From a virus (Duplodnaviria; Caudoviricetes): DNA of 50,776 bases. The DNA is taken from positions 1-50,776 of the IMG/VR virus record IMGVR_UViG_3300011115_000265. The stretch is one strand, 5' to 3'. A program made the position numbers and the translations under genes. Positions 37,198 through 45,819 of the stretch are shown in pieces (the first letter of the stretch is position 1; every line of letters starts with the position of its first letter). The notes beneath the pieces are model-generated. The model was given only the letters and a program-made list of their open reading frames with translations. It did no database searches and had not been told where the DNA came from.

Positions 37198-37427
37198 CTG
37201 TGTTTCTCCCTTTCATCTAGCATAGCTGTTGCTACTCTATATGCACTTTGAGCTAAGTATGAAGCTTCACTTTCTCCACCACTCCAACCACCACTGTCAA
37301 TGATAGCATGTAAAGCTTCCATTGCAATGTAGTCTCGTAAGTTCATACCTGTCCAGATTTGTTTTTGATTATCTTGACAAGGGAAAGCAGGGGAGTTACC
37401 CCTTGGTGCTGTGTTTACATCACTCAT
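37194..37427 (-). CDS. Hypothetical phage protein
   Basis: PAFP...GMNLRDYIA..A...AY.VA.AML.ER pattern. Confidence 0.75.
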   Translation of the reverse strand: MSDVNTAPRGNSPAFPCQDNQKQIWTGMNLRDYIAMEALHAIIDSGGWSGGESEASYLAQSAYRVATAMLDEREKHR

Positions 37428-37618
37428 GATACTTGTCCTCCATTCTCTTTGAATAGATCTAGCTCTTGTTCTACTTCGTCAACTGCTACACTAAAGATAC
37501 CACGTCGTACTAACTCTTTAATACTAAAGTCCATAAGGAATGCAGCTTCATTAGCATCTACATGGAAGTCAAAGTCTAAAGACCCATCTTCATTCTGAAC
37601 ACAATCTGATATAATCAC
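37424..37618 (-). CDS. Hypothetical protein
   Basis: ORF track; operon overlaps. Confidence 0.65.
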   Translation of the reverse strand: MIISDCVQNEDGSLDFDFHVDANEAAFLMDFSIKELVRRGIFSVAVDEVEQELDLFKENGGQVS

Positions 37619-37973
37619 TTAGCCAATCCTTTCTAAAGTCTAACCATTTGAAACCGTTGGCTTCCGCCCACATCCAATAGGTAGTTTTACTTCTTTTAGT
37701 TATCTTATTATCTGGATTCATAAACAAGAATATAATAGTTATGTCTGGGTTACAATCTTTAAACCAAATCATCTTTTGTCTTGTATCTAAATCTAACTTA
37801 CCTTTAGCTTCTAGATAAACTTTCTTACGTCCAGTCTTAAAGTCGGGTATATATTTACGTTCTTTAGCAGGCTGTGTGTAAGCAAACTTATCTGGTTCAT
37901 ACTTAACTGAGGGGAAGTTCTCCTTCAAGATCTTCCATACTTGTTCCTCCAGTTTGCTCTTGAATAAGGGCAT
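37590..37973 (-). CDS. Endonuclease I / Holliday junction resolvase (T7 gp3-like)
   Basis: FKSKLE, YE, YIPDF, EAKG and TTY..WAE.NGF motifs. Confidence 0.85.
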   Translation of the reverse strand: MPLFKSKLEEQVWKILKENFPSVKYEPDKFAYTQPAKERKYIPDFKTGRKKVYLEAKGKLDLDTRQKMIWFKDCNPDITIIFLFMNPDNKITKRSKTTYWMWAEANGFKWLDFRKDWLSDYIRLCSE

Positions 37974-38628
37974 TGAATTGTTCACTCCAGTCTTCATCTT
38001 CATTACGTCTAATCCATAGGACTCGACCATTCATAAGGAATTCTTCATCGTTACCATAAGCATTACGTACTGCTTTAAACAAATCATACTCTGATACACA
38101 ACCATCTAGAATACGTTCTGCCTTCTTAGGACCAATTCCAGGGATACCTTTGATGTTATCGCTACGGTCTCCTTGTAAACACTGCATATAAAAATGCTTT
38201 AGTCCATCTAGATAGCCAACAGTTTTAAATTTATCTTTAACAAAATTATAATGTTGTCCTGGGATCATTAACAAATCTTTATCTATAGTACAGATAATTG
38301 TTTCACTTGTTTGATTGATACCCATTGCATCATCAGCTTCTTGTCCATCACATACTTCTGCTTTGTACTCTTTAACTAGGTAGTCTCGTATAGTTTGTAA
38401 CCAGAATGGTTTTTCTGTAGGCCTATGGGCCTTATACTCTGGATAGATTGCCTTACGAAAGTTATTACTGCCAGTTAAAAAGACACGGTACTCATCAGAG
38501 TCTGTATAGAAAGTGATCTTATCAATGATATCATCTACCTTACTAAATACATAATCTTCTGAGTCGTCGTCTTCACAAGTACAAGCTGCTCGATATGCGA
38601 CAATGTCACCATCAATTAATGCTTGCAT
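37903..38628 (-). CDS. 5'-3' exonuclease (T7 gp6 / RNase H-like flap nuclease)
   Basis: LIDGD, YKAHR, EADD, DKDL and GDRSDNIKGIPGIGPKKA motifs. Confidence 0.92.
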   Translation of the reverse strand: MQALIDGDIVAYRAACTCEDDDSEDYVFSKVDDIIDKITFYTDSDEYRVFLTGSNNFRKAIYPEYKAHRPTEKPFWLQTIRDYLVKEYKAEVCDGQEADDAMGINQTSETIICTIDKDLLMIPGQHYNFVKDKFKTVGYLDGLKHFYMQCLQGDRSDNIKGIPGIGPKKAERILDGCVSEYDLFKAVRNAYGNDEEFLMNGRVLWIRRNEDEDWSEQFNALIQEQTGGTSMEDLEGELPLS

Positions 38629-38637
38629 TAGTTATCC

Positions 38638-39174
38638 TTAATATGGAATGTCATCTTCTAAATCTAACTCTGGAATGTTAGCTGCTGTTTTAGTTTCTTC
38701 TTTAGAGAATACATATGACTCAAACTCTTTAGCTAAAGACAAAATAGCGTCACTAGTAGGAACAGATTTAGCACCAATAGTAAGAGCACCGATAGCAGCA
38801 CTAATGCTACTTTGTCGTACAATGTAAACTTGGCGAGCTGCTCGCTCTTCTTTGGTTTCATAATTACTTCCTGTAGTACGATTAACTCCAGCTGCCGCTG
38901 GCTTACTTGCTGACTCTTGTGTTGGTGCATCTCCACCAATTGCAGTCCATTGCCAGTAACCCTGATCATCTTTGGTAGTTGTGACGTTTACTGCATCACC
39001 TTTACCAAGGTTCTTAATGTGATTAAATACACTAGGATTACTAAAGGACATTAACTTCTTTGTTTTTGTCTGAGCTTGTTCATCTTTGTATGTAACTTCT
39101 AATGACTGGTAACTACGACCATTTTTAGCAGCGTGAGTATTTGGTGCACCTACATCAATAATATTAATTAGCAT
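38638..39174 (-). CDS. Putative single-stranded DNA-binding protein
   Basis: OB-like N-terminus, IVRQSS motif, acidic aromatic tail LEDDIPY. Confidence 0.6.
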   Translation of the reverse strand: MLINIIDVGAPNTHAAKNGRSYQSLEVTYKDEQAQTKTKKLMSFSNPSVFNHIKNLGKGDAVNVTTTKDDQGYWQWTAIGGDAPTQESASKPAAAGVNRTTGSNYETKEERAARQVYIVRQSSISAAIGALTIGAKSVPTSDAILSLAKEFESYVFSKEETKTAANIPELDLEDDIPY

Positions 39175-39882
39175 TTACTACCTCCATATTTCCCCAGTTA
39201 GGACCGACTTGACATTCGACCCGCATTGGGAGATTAAATTTAACTCCAAAGAGTTTTTCAAAGTTCATTGGTACATCTGTAAAACATTTATCAACTAATT
39301 GAACTATACTATTATTATCGCATATCTTGTCATCTATGTCAATGATTATCGAATCATGTACAGTATTAATTAGTTTTACTCCACCCACTCCTTTAAGTCT
39401 GTTAGCCAAGCTGACTCGTGCGATGGACATGAGGTCCGCTCCAAGCCCTTGTACAGGGTAGTTGAGGATCTTTGTCCGAGGCCACTTGACTTTTCCGTAC
39501 ACAACATCTGGTTCATAGTTATAGACTCTGCCCGTGGGCATAATAAGTTTTCTATCTCGTTTAGCTGTGTTGACAATTTCTGTATGCCACTTACTAAGCC
39601 CATCGTATTTACGATAGAACTCTCCAATGACTCCGTCCCAGAATTGTTCTCCGCCAATGTCTTTAAAGTTAGGATCATTAGCATAAGAGTATGCAGATCC
39701 TCCGTAGATAAGACGGAATACGAACGTTTTAGCAATGAGTCTACTTGGCAGACCAAACCGCTCTTGGTTGTCTGTGTGTTGGTCGACATTATCCCATATC
39801 TCCTTGATAGCTGTTTGATCTTGACTTAGGAACGTAGCACATACCCACTCAAGAGCTTTGCGTCTGCTTGTATTAATGACAT
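39164..39882 (-). CDS. DNA polymerase family A, C-terminal (palm/fingers) gene, interrupted by a -1 frameshift near 39857
   Basis: GGAGG RBS and ATG at 39882 give MSLIQADAK; the -1 frame continues ALEWVCA... through motif B (RLIAKTFVFRLIYGG), NYPVQG and motif C (VHDS). Confidence 0.85.
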
Positions 39883-39886
39883 TTGG

Positions 39887-39991
39887 CTATCCTCCTTCTA
39901 GGATCGAATTACAAAATTGAATGAGTTCTTCCTTATTAGAATCCCATTTCATACTGTTTGCTAATGAACTAATAACTCTAATCTTGTCAAC
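39887..39991 (-). pseudogene. C-terminal remnant of an HNH-type homing endonuclease
   Basis: ...IRVISSLANSMKWDSNKEELIQFCNSILEGG resembles IMIISNKANRIKSDASLEDLQQV of 33061-33567; N-terminal part missing. Confidence 0.55.
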
Positions 39992-40143
39992 TAGTTTCCG
40001 CCTGTATTAAGCTCATTGTTGCACTCCTTTTGACATTCATTTACTTTAGCTTGAGCATAAGCAGGTTCTGCATCAAACTCATTGAACTCATTTACATAGT
40101 CTAAATCTGTTTTACCATACACATCATTTAGTTCTTTAGTCAT
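39991..40143 (-). CDS. Small acidic hypothetical protein between the polymerase halves
   Basis: AGGAG RBS before MTKELNDVYG. Confidence 0.55.
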   Translation of the reverse strand: MTKELNDVYGKTDLDYVNEFNEFDAEPAYAQAKVNECQKECNNELNTGGN

Positions 40144-41296
40144 ATCTGCTCCTAAAAAGTTCTTTAATTTCGCCATCAAAGTTTTGTAAGTTAGGTCTGC
40201 TTGAACTAAGTCGACCTGTTCTAGCCACACATTGGTTAAGCTGTCCGTGTAGTTTTCCTTCATTCCATTTCATTTCCTTTCGTAGTTTAACTAAGCCTTC
40301 ATAGTAAGTAGATACTCGTTTTTCTAGAGTTGCTCTGCGTAATAACAATTCAACTAACTCCTTAGCTTTCTTACTTCCTTTAAGAGACTTAAGTGTTTGT
40401 TCATCTGTACTGTAAAAACCTTCCTTAGCCAGTTCAGAACCTTTAAGCGGATTAATAAGTTTATTAAATACAATTGGATATTCTACCCATTTTTCTTTGA
40501 CTTGTCCAGCCCTAGTACCAGTCTTGAATACTCCAATAACTTCTCTACGCTTAAAAGTAAGAGTCCCACCATAAAGTAAAGCAGAGAGGTGCTCAGTAGA
40601 ATTACAGTTGAAACCATCAGTTTGGTGATAGTCATAAAGAATATCATCGAGTGTTTTAATTTGTACTGTAAGTTCTTCACCCAATTCTGTACAGCGAGCC
40701 TCATCAAATACCAATCCATTATATTCCATCTCCTCTAACACTAGCAAGTCTTGGTTGTGTAAGCTAACTAACCTACGTAACTGAGGGCTTGCTTTATCTA
40801 GTTCCTCACGTTGTTTAAGATACACTTGATACGTTAAGTCTAAATCACCTTGCAAATACTCTGTAAGAATATCTTCTGGTATGTCTGGTGTATCTATACC
40901 ATTCTTCCAGTACTCTGTGCTAACAACATCAAGCTTAGTACCCAAACCGTAATAAGCAGCAACACCATTAAGGGAGGGATAGGATGCTGTTTGTCCAGTA
41001 AGAATAAAATGCACCAACTGACAATCCCATATACGCTTAGTATTAAAAGAAATTCCATAACGTCGTATCCAATGTAAGTCAAACTTAATATTAAAACCGA
41101 TTACAAGATCGCACCCATCAATACTAGTTTGTGTACTAGATAGATTGTTGCCGTAAGGTTGATCATTGAACTCAATAGGATAAAGATTAGAACTAGTCCC
41201 ATTACTAAGTCCAATGTAACAGAGCTTGTTACTTTCATCAAATGGGTTTCCTTTATTGCTAATAGTTGTTTCAACATCTAAGACTAGCTCCCGCAT
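40136..41296 (-). CDS. DNA polymerase family A, N-terminal gene (3'-5' exonuclease + thumb)
   Basis: ExoI LDVET, ExoII FNIKFD, ExoIII Y...D; YSTDE; RTGRLSSSRPNLQN then stop. Confidence 0.9.
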   Translation of the reverse strand: MRELVLDVETTISNKGNPFDESNKLCYIGLSNGTSSNLYPIEFNDQPYGNNLSSTQTSIDGCDLVIGFNIKFDLHWIRRYGISFNTKRIWDCQLVHFILTGQTASYPSLNGVAAYYGLGTKLDVVSTEYWKNGIDTPDIPEDILTEYLQGDLDLTYQVYLKQREELDKASPQLRRLVSLHNQDLLVLEEMEYNGLVFDEARCTELGEELTVQIKTLDDILYDYHQTDGFNCNSTEHLSALLYGGTLTFKRREVIGVFKTGTRAGQVKEKWVEYPIVFNKLINPLKGSELAKEGFYSTDEQTLKSLKGSKKAKELVELLLRRATLEKRVSTYYEGLVKLRKEMKWNEGKLHGQLNQCVARTGRLSSSRPNLQNFDGEIKELFRSRYD

Positions 41297-41433
41297 TCTC
41301 CGACCGCCTTGTTTAATGGGTAGAATTTATCTACAGTTTCTTCTAATGTTTCACCTGCACTAACACTATCAATGATATCATAGATATCTTCACGTGTCAA
41401 ATCAGGACGGTCTTTTAAAATCTTGTCGATCAT
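41284..41433 (-). CDS. Hypothetical protein (49 aa)
   Basis: MIDKILKDRPDLTREDIYDII...; GGAG RBS. Confidence 0.5.
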   Translation of the reverse strand: MIDKILKDRPDLTREDIYDIIDSVSAGETLEETVDKFYPLNKAVGECGS

Positions 41434-41513
41434 TTCTTTTCTCCATGTAATGTACAATTGAAAGGGCTACGAGTATCCCCAATCCGAAGGATATGTAGTA
41501 GCACTGAACGTAT

Positions 41514-41744
41514 TCAAAAACGGTCTGCAGATAAGTCATCTATAACTTCCTTAGAGTCAGGCCACTTGCGTGGTACATAGTACTGTTCAAGTAGTAGTTG
41601 TAAGTCTTCAAAGTCACTTTCTATTTTAACCCAACGTTCCCATAACTCGTCAGGAATTTCTACAGAATGATTAGTAGGTTTATCTTGTTGCCATAAGCTA
41701 AAGACTGGATACCACTCATCACAAATTACTTCTACTTGTTTCAT
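41514..41744 (-). CDS. Hypothetical protein
   Basis: ORF track; DEWYPVF motif; overlap with upstream stop. Confidence 0.65.
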   Translation of the reverse strand: MKQVEVICDEWYPVFSLWQQDKPTNHSVEIPDELWERWVKIESDFEDLQLLLEQYYVPRKWPDSKEVIDDLSADRF

Positions 41745-41932
41745 TTAGTTGCTCTCCATACGTCCCATTTAGTCCAGACATCTCCGAGTTCATTAAATGT
41801 TTTCTTAGCTATACCATATGGTGGTGTAACAGTTGCCCATACTTTGCTGTTTCGTATTAAATACTGAGCACCAATTTCTATGAGAGGTTTGTTACGTAGT
41901 TCATGTTCATATGGTAGTTCGTTAAGTATCAT
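41741..41932 (-). CDS. Hypothetical protein
   Basis: TAATG coupling to the helicase gene. Confidence 0.6.
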   Translation of the reverse strand: MILNELPYEHELRNKPLIEIGAQYLIRNSKVWATVTPPYGIAKKTFNELGDVWTKWDVWRATK

Positions 41933-43173
41933 TAAATATCCTCATACCTTGCAATCTCTGGTTTGATTAATACTTGAACAGAACCATGTCGTAAGTCTGG
42001 CATAGTATCTGCATCTCCAATTAGTTTGTTCTTAACAATGTTAAAGAATCTACTACGTGATGTGTTATCTTGTTCTTTACCAATGCCTAGAATCCAGTCA
42101 GCTTCACCTTGCTTTGCTGTCTTTGAACCATCTACCATGTCCATTGTAAGATAGAGTTTACCTTCTGCCTCACCACTTGCTTGCGAAACAGCAATGACAG
42201 GTGCATATGTTTTAGCAACTTCACGGGCCCACTGGTAGATTGCTTTGAGTTCCAAATCATTACGGTCTCCTTTAAACCCTTTAATCTTATCTATCTGATC
42301 AAAGATAATTAATGCAGGGTTACTGTTTTTAAGAATATTTTCAATCTTAGTTTTTGTATTTGAATCTTCAAAGTCTAGGATCTTAATACGGTTACCAGTT
42401 GCATGTACATATTCACGTTGACGTCGCTCCCTGTTATCAAATAGAAACTCTTGGGGTAAACCAAGTGCTGCTTGATAGCAGCGAATAGCTACTTTGTTAC
42501 CTTGTTCCTCATTGTTAAACCAAAGTACTTCTCCCTGAGTCTGAGAGACCATGTGAGTAATTTCCGACGCCAGAAAAGTAGTCTTACCTGTTTCTGGTCT
42601 GGCGAATATAAAGCCAAAGTCCCCTTTGCGCAAAGATCCAAGAGCCTGATTAAGCCAGTTAACACGCCAGCGTAGACCAGGAGTAGCAACTTGAGAATCG
42701 TAAAGTTTTTCCAAATCCATTTCAATAGGCTTAGGTTCATCTAATGCAATCTCCTGTTGTTCAAACTTGTTTAGTAAGTCTAACAAGTCTTGGACTGGTT
42801 TCTTACCAGTCTCTACATCCAATGATACCAATGCTACCTCGCCTGCAATGGCTCGGTGACGATGCTCATCTAGTAACCCGACTAACGCATCACGATTGGT
42901 AATGTCTTGGTTAAACACATCTTCTAACAGTACTTTAAGTTCTTTCCTTTCTTGTTCTTTTAACATGTATTCAGTATTATAAAAAATATCTAAATCATTT
43001 ATATTAATATTATTATTTATATTATATTTAATATAATAATTATTAATACTATTAAATATTTTATATATATTATTATAATTAGTTTTAATATAATTAATAT
43101 TAACATATTTATAATATTTTGTAAAGAGTTCTTTATCTTCACAGAAGAGTTTTATAATTTGTTTCTCAACCAT
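41932..43173 (-). CDS. DnaB-like (SF4) replicative helicase
   Basis: Walker A ARPETGKT, Walker B IIFDQ, VSQA, EAD and KNK motifs. Confidence 0.92.
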   Translation of the reverse strand: MVEKQIIKLFCEDKELFTKYYKYVNINYIKTNYNNIYKIFNSINNYYIKYNINNNININDLDIFYNTEYMLKEQERKELKVLLEDVFNQDITNRDALVGLLDEHRHRAIAGEVALVSLDVETGKKPVQDLLDLLNKFEQQEIALDEPKPIEMDLEKLYDSQVATPGLRWRVNWLNQALGSLRKGDFGFIFARPETGKTTFLASEITHMVSQTQGEVLWFNNEEQGNKVAIRCYQAALGLPQEFLFDNRERRQREYVHATGNRIKILDFEDSNTKTKIENILKNSNPALIIFDQIDKIKGFKGDRNDLELKAIYQWAREVAKTYAPVIAVSQASGEAEGKLYLTMDMVDGSKTAKQGEADWILGIGKEQDNTSRSRFFNIVKNKLIGDADTMPDLRHGSVQVLIKPEIARYEDI

Positions 43174-43841
43174 TCGTTAATTTCCTTAACTGAGTATTCT
43201 TTAGGATCTAATTCCGTTACCAGCACGGAACACCTAATGCCCTTAGCAAGCATGTTTCTAGCTTGTTTAACAGCACTTGTTGCTTTGTCCCTATCAAGCC
43301 AAAGGATCACGTCATTGGATTGTTCAAACAGGGCTTCCTCAAGTTCAGGTGACACACTAGAACCAAGTAGTGGTATAGCAGTTACATCTTTGATAGCTTT
43401 GCTAACTTTTACAGCACTTAAAACATCTTCAACACATACTATTGTACCACCATTCCCATAGGAAAGCAAGGGTTTGTTTCCTTTGCTAAGATACTTAACT
43501 CCAGGACCAAAGTTTCTTGCTTGCCAGTACGCTGGGGTGTTAACAAGTACCAACAGACTACGGTCTTCTACCCACCCCCATGAGTGCTCACTTACGTCAG
43601 CACCCGTGATTCCGTAGGACAGTAGCCATTGCATGGCTTGTTTTGGTAAGTCATTAGTAACCTGTAATGATATGTCTCCGTCGTCTTTGGGGACGACGTC
43701 TTCTAGCCGCCTACGGACGGACTCTAAATCATTTTTAGGTTTGTAATAACCACAGCCAAAGCAGTACCAATTGTCGGTGTACTCACCGAGATTGTCTTTG
43801 CTACCACATTTAGGACACGCAGTGTGTTGGATAAAACTCAT
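43152..43841 (-). CDS. DNA primase (Zn ribbon + TOPRIM)
   Basis: CPKCGSKD...CFGC, VED..SA, WLD.D and DPK motifs. Confidence 0.9.
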   Translation of the reverse strand: MSFIQHTACPKCGSKDNLGEYTDNWYCFGCGYYKPKNDLESVRRRLEDVVPKDDGDISLQVTNDLPKQAMQWLLSYGITGADVSEHSWGWVEDRSLLVLVNTPAYWQARNFGPGVKYLSKGNKPLLSYGNGGTIVCVEDVLSAVKVSKAIKDVTAIPLLGSSVSPELEEALFEQSNDVILWLDRDKATSAVKQARNMLAKGIRCSVLVTELDPKEYSVKEINEWLRNKL

Positions 43842-44053
43842 GCAAAGGTTTCCTGTAAAGCCTCTAACATATCATACATTAAACTACCTACGTCTTCTTC
43901 TTCTTCAAAAGGATACCAAATTAAAAAGTCATCTTGGTATTCAGTATCCTTAACAATTTCAGTAGTCATATCACATAACTCTTCAAAGGTTTTATCTTTA
44001 GGATATTCAGATAAAAACCAATCTGCTACAAACTTTTCATGTTTAGTTAACAT
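43838..44053 (-). CDS. Hypothetical acidic protein
   Basis: Start trimmed to MLTKHEKF (AGGA RBS). Confidence 0.55.
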   Translation of the reverse strand: MLTKHEKFVADWFLSEYPKDKTFEELCDMTTEIVKDTEYQDDFLIWYPFEEEEDVGSLMYDMLEALQETFA

Positions 44054-44081
44054 AGTAAATCCTATTGGTAAACTCCATAGA

Positions 44082-44312
44082 TTAATCGGAGGAAGTTTTA
44101 GTGTCTTCCACTTTATCATAATGCTCTCCGTCATTTCCATTCTGACCAATGACATCAATACGATTTTCATTCCAGTCTAATGGAGGTGGTGTCCAACCAC
44201 CATTAGTTTTCTTTTTAACACCAAAAATAGTCTCAAAGTTTTCTTCTCCTTGTTCGCTTAACTTATCACGAGTTTGGATTTTATCTCCAGTAATGTCATT
44301 ACGTGCTACCAT
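44082..44312 (-). CDS. Hypothetical phage protein
   Basis: RNDITGD.I.T and RID.IGQNGNDGEHY motifs; GGAGG RBS. Confidence 0.7.
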   Translation of the reverse strand: MVARNDITGDKIQTRDKLSEQGEENFETIFGVKKKTNGGWTPPPLDWNENRIDVIGQNGNDGEHYDKVEDTKTSSD

Positions 44313-44507
44313 TTATTCCTCCTCGTCATCATAGTTATCTTCATCAGCTACTTCATCTTCTTGTAAGTCAGGACGTATTAATGTGTCTACGTCATCTTGA
44401 ATGTCACTATAACATCTGTTGCACAGGTCTAAGAACTCACCTGTACTAGCAAACTTACGTGTTGATTCAAAGTCAGATAAATTTTTATTACAGCTTAAGC
44501 ATCTCAT
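44313..44507 (-). CDS. Small zinc-finger protein (MRCL family)
   Basis: MRCLSC...LSDFESTRK...DLC..C; paralogue at 45452-45652. Confidence 0.75.
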   Translation of the reverse strand: MRCLSCNKNLSDFESTRKFASTGEFLDLCNRCYSDIQDDVDTLIRPDLQEDEVADEDNYDDEEE

Positions 44508-44519
44508 ACTACCTCCATG

Positions 44520-44864
44520 TTATGATTGTTCATGTTCTTGTCTTACCAACCTAGTAAGTATATCAAAAATAGATTCATGTGTCAATTCTTTTTTATTTAA
44601 GTCACGGTTTTGGAACTTACGATCAAGTTGTTTTATTTTGGCACTAACTTTTTCGTACTTAGCATGTTTAGGATCTATAGGTTCTGCTAGTTCCCAGTTT
44701 ACATCCCAACCATTTGGACTACTATTTTTTAAAAGGTTACCTCCTAACTCAAGTCCATATTTGTTAGCTCTAGCTACCTTATTAGGGTTTCCTGATAGAG
44801 TTAGACCTTTGATAATGTAATAAGCATCATCTAATTTTAACAACTGACCTATACTAAATTCCAT
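44520..44864 (-). CDS. SH3-like family member with conserved C-terminal basic helix
   Basis: FSIGQL start, GWDV, DP...KYEKVSAKIKQLDRKF tail. Confidence 0.6.
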   Translation of the reverse strand: MEFSIGQLLKLDDAYYIIKGLTLSGNPNKVARANKYGLELGGNLLKNSSPNGWDVNWELAEPIDPKHAKYEKVSAKIKQLDRKFQNRDLNKKELTHESIFDILTRLVRQEHEQS

Positions 44865-44961
44865 GATTTAATCCTTTAGTATTAATATCAGGACACCATC
44901 TCATCCATTTTTTATATGGAATCCACTGTTGTTTATTTAGATGCCAAACATAAATCATTAT

Positions 44962-45294
44962 CTACCTTTGCCATTGATGAGGGTGGGTGTAGAGTTTCCA
45001 TTTATCTTCATCATATTTTTCTTGGTTATATTCATCTTTATCAACATCTATCCACCCATAACCATTAGGGTGTTTTACAAAATACACAGGTTCTTGGTAG
45101 TATTCTTTCTCGGTTATAGATTGCATTTCATCTAACCATTCCAACTCAATGCCTTGCGCTGGCTGTTCGAGGGCTTCTTTACAGGCTTGGATTGTTTCAT
45201 GGGTATAAATAATTATACCTTCAACTGTTTCTGCACCATTGCATAACTCTAAATCGTCAATCGCCATCTTTAATGCTTCGTCTTTATTATTCAT
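44962..45294 (-). CDS. Hypothetical protein, 'DEALKMAI' modular family
   Basis: Shared blocks with other family members; contains repeat copy 2. Confidence 0.75.
   Translation of the reverse strand: MNNKDEALKMAIDDLELCNGAETVEGIIIYTHETIQACKEALEQPAQGIELEWLDEMQSITEKEYYQEPVYFVKHPNGYGWIDVDKDEYNQEKYDEDKWKLYTHPHQWQR
45036..45162. repeat. 127-nt exact direct repeat, copy 2
   Basis: Identical to 1-127. Confidence 0.95.
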
Positions 45295-45305
45295 GATTTT
45301 CTCTA

Positions 45306-45334
45306 TTTACTTTTATATAATCTTATGGTATAAT
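45306..45334 (+). promoter_or_regulatory. Sigma70 promoter of pqqA copy 2
   Basis: TTTACT-17 nt-TATAAT with extended TG; shares cttatggtataatatat with the copy 1 promoter. Confidence 0.7.
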
Positions 45335-45379
45335 ATATACATATACTAATAAAAGTATATATAACTTTAAGGAAATATT

Positions 45380-45451
45380 ATGTGGACAAAACCATCAGCA
45401 ACTGAAATGCGTTTCGGCTTTGAAGTAACAATGTATGTAATGAATAAGTAA
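45380..45451 (+). CDS. pqqA: PQQ precursor peptide PqqA, copy 2 (MWTKPSATEMRFGFEVTMYVMNK)
   Basis: 23 aa, RFGFEVTMY signature, TAAGGA RBS, opposite strand to its neighbours. Confidence 0.95.
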   Translation: MWTKPSATEMRFGFEVTMYVMNK

Positions 45452-45652
45452 TTAGTCTTCAGTCCATTCACTGTAGTCAAGTTCACTATCAGAGATTGAT
45501 TCTTTTGTCAATAGATCTTCACGATCAGTAGATAGAAGTTCATCTTTGATAGTGCCATAGCAATGATTACACATGTCAATATAATTACCATGTAAATCTT
45601 TACGTGTTGATTCGTAGTCACTAAGTTCTACATTACAAGCAAGACATCTCAT
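45452..45652 (-). CDS. Small zinc-finger protein (MRCL family)
   Basis: MRCLAC..ELSDYESTRK...DMC..C. Confidence 0.75.
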   Translation of the reverse strand: MRCLACNVELSDYESTRKDLHGNYIDMCNHCYGTIKDELLSTDREDLLTKESISDSELDYSEWTED

Positions 45653-45819
45653 TGTTTAATCCAATCCTTATTATCCCAGTATTCATCACAAGTATTATCT
45701 GATTTTAAGGGAACTTCTGCAAAGAAAGACTGTCGATATTCATTAGATATTGCAGTAAATCTATAGCATGTTTCTTTATTAGGACAGTTAGTACCTTTAC
45801 ATTTAGTTATATCAGCCAT
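45649..45819 (-). CDS. Small Cys-rich protein (56 aa)
   Basis: MADITKCKGTNCPNKETCYRFTA...QSFF...CDEYW; AGGA RBS; not in ORF track. Confidence 0.7.
   Translation of the reverse strand: MADITKCKGTNCPNKETCYRFTAISNEYRQSFFAEVPLKSDNTCDEYWDNKDWIKQ

Noticed and set aside
39376-39829. ORF-track entries 39376-39789 (-) and 39449-39829 (+)
   Set aside because: Alternative-frame or antisense shadows of the frameshifted polymerase gene.
39883-40135. Group I intron or intein joining the polymerase halves
   Set aside because: No intron core elements seen, and the downstream half has its own GGAGG RBS and ATG.
32736-45035. T7-like (Autographiviridae) assignment or temperate lifestyle
   Set aside because: No single-subunit RNA polymerase, integrase or repressor was recognised, and the promoters are host sigma70 type.
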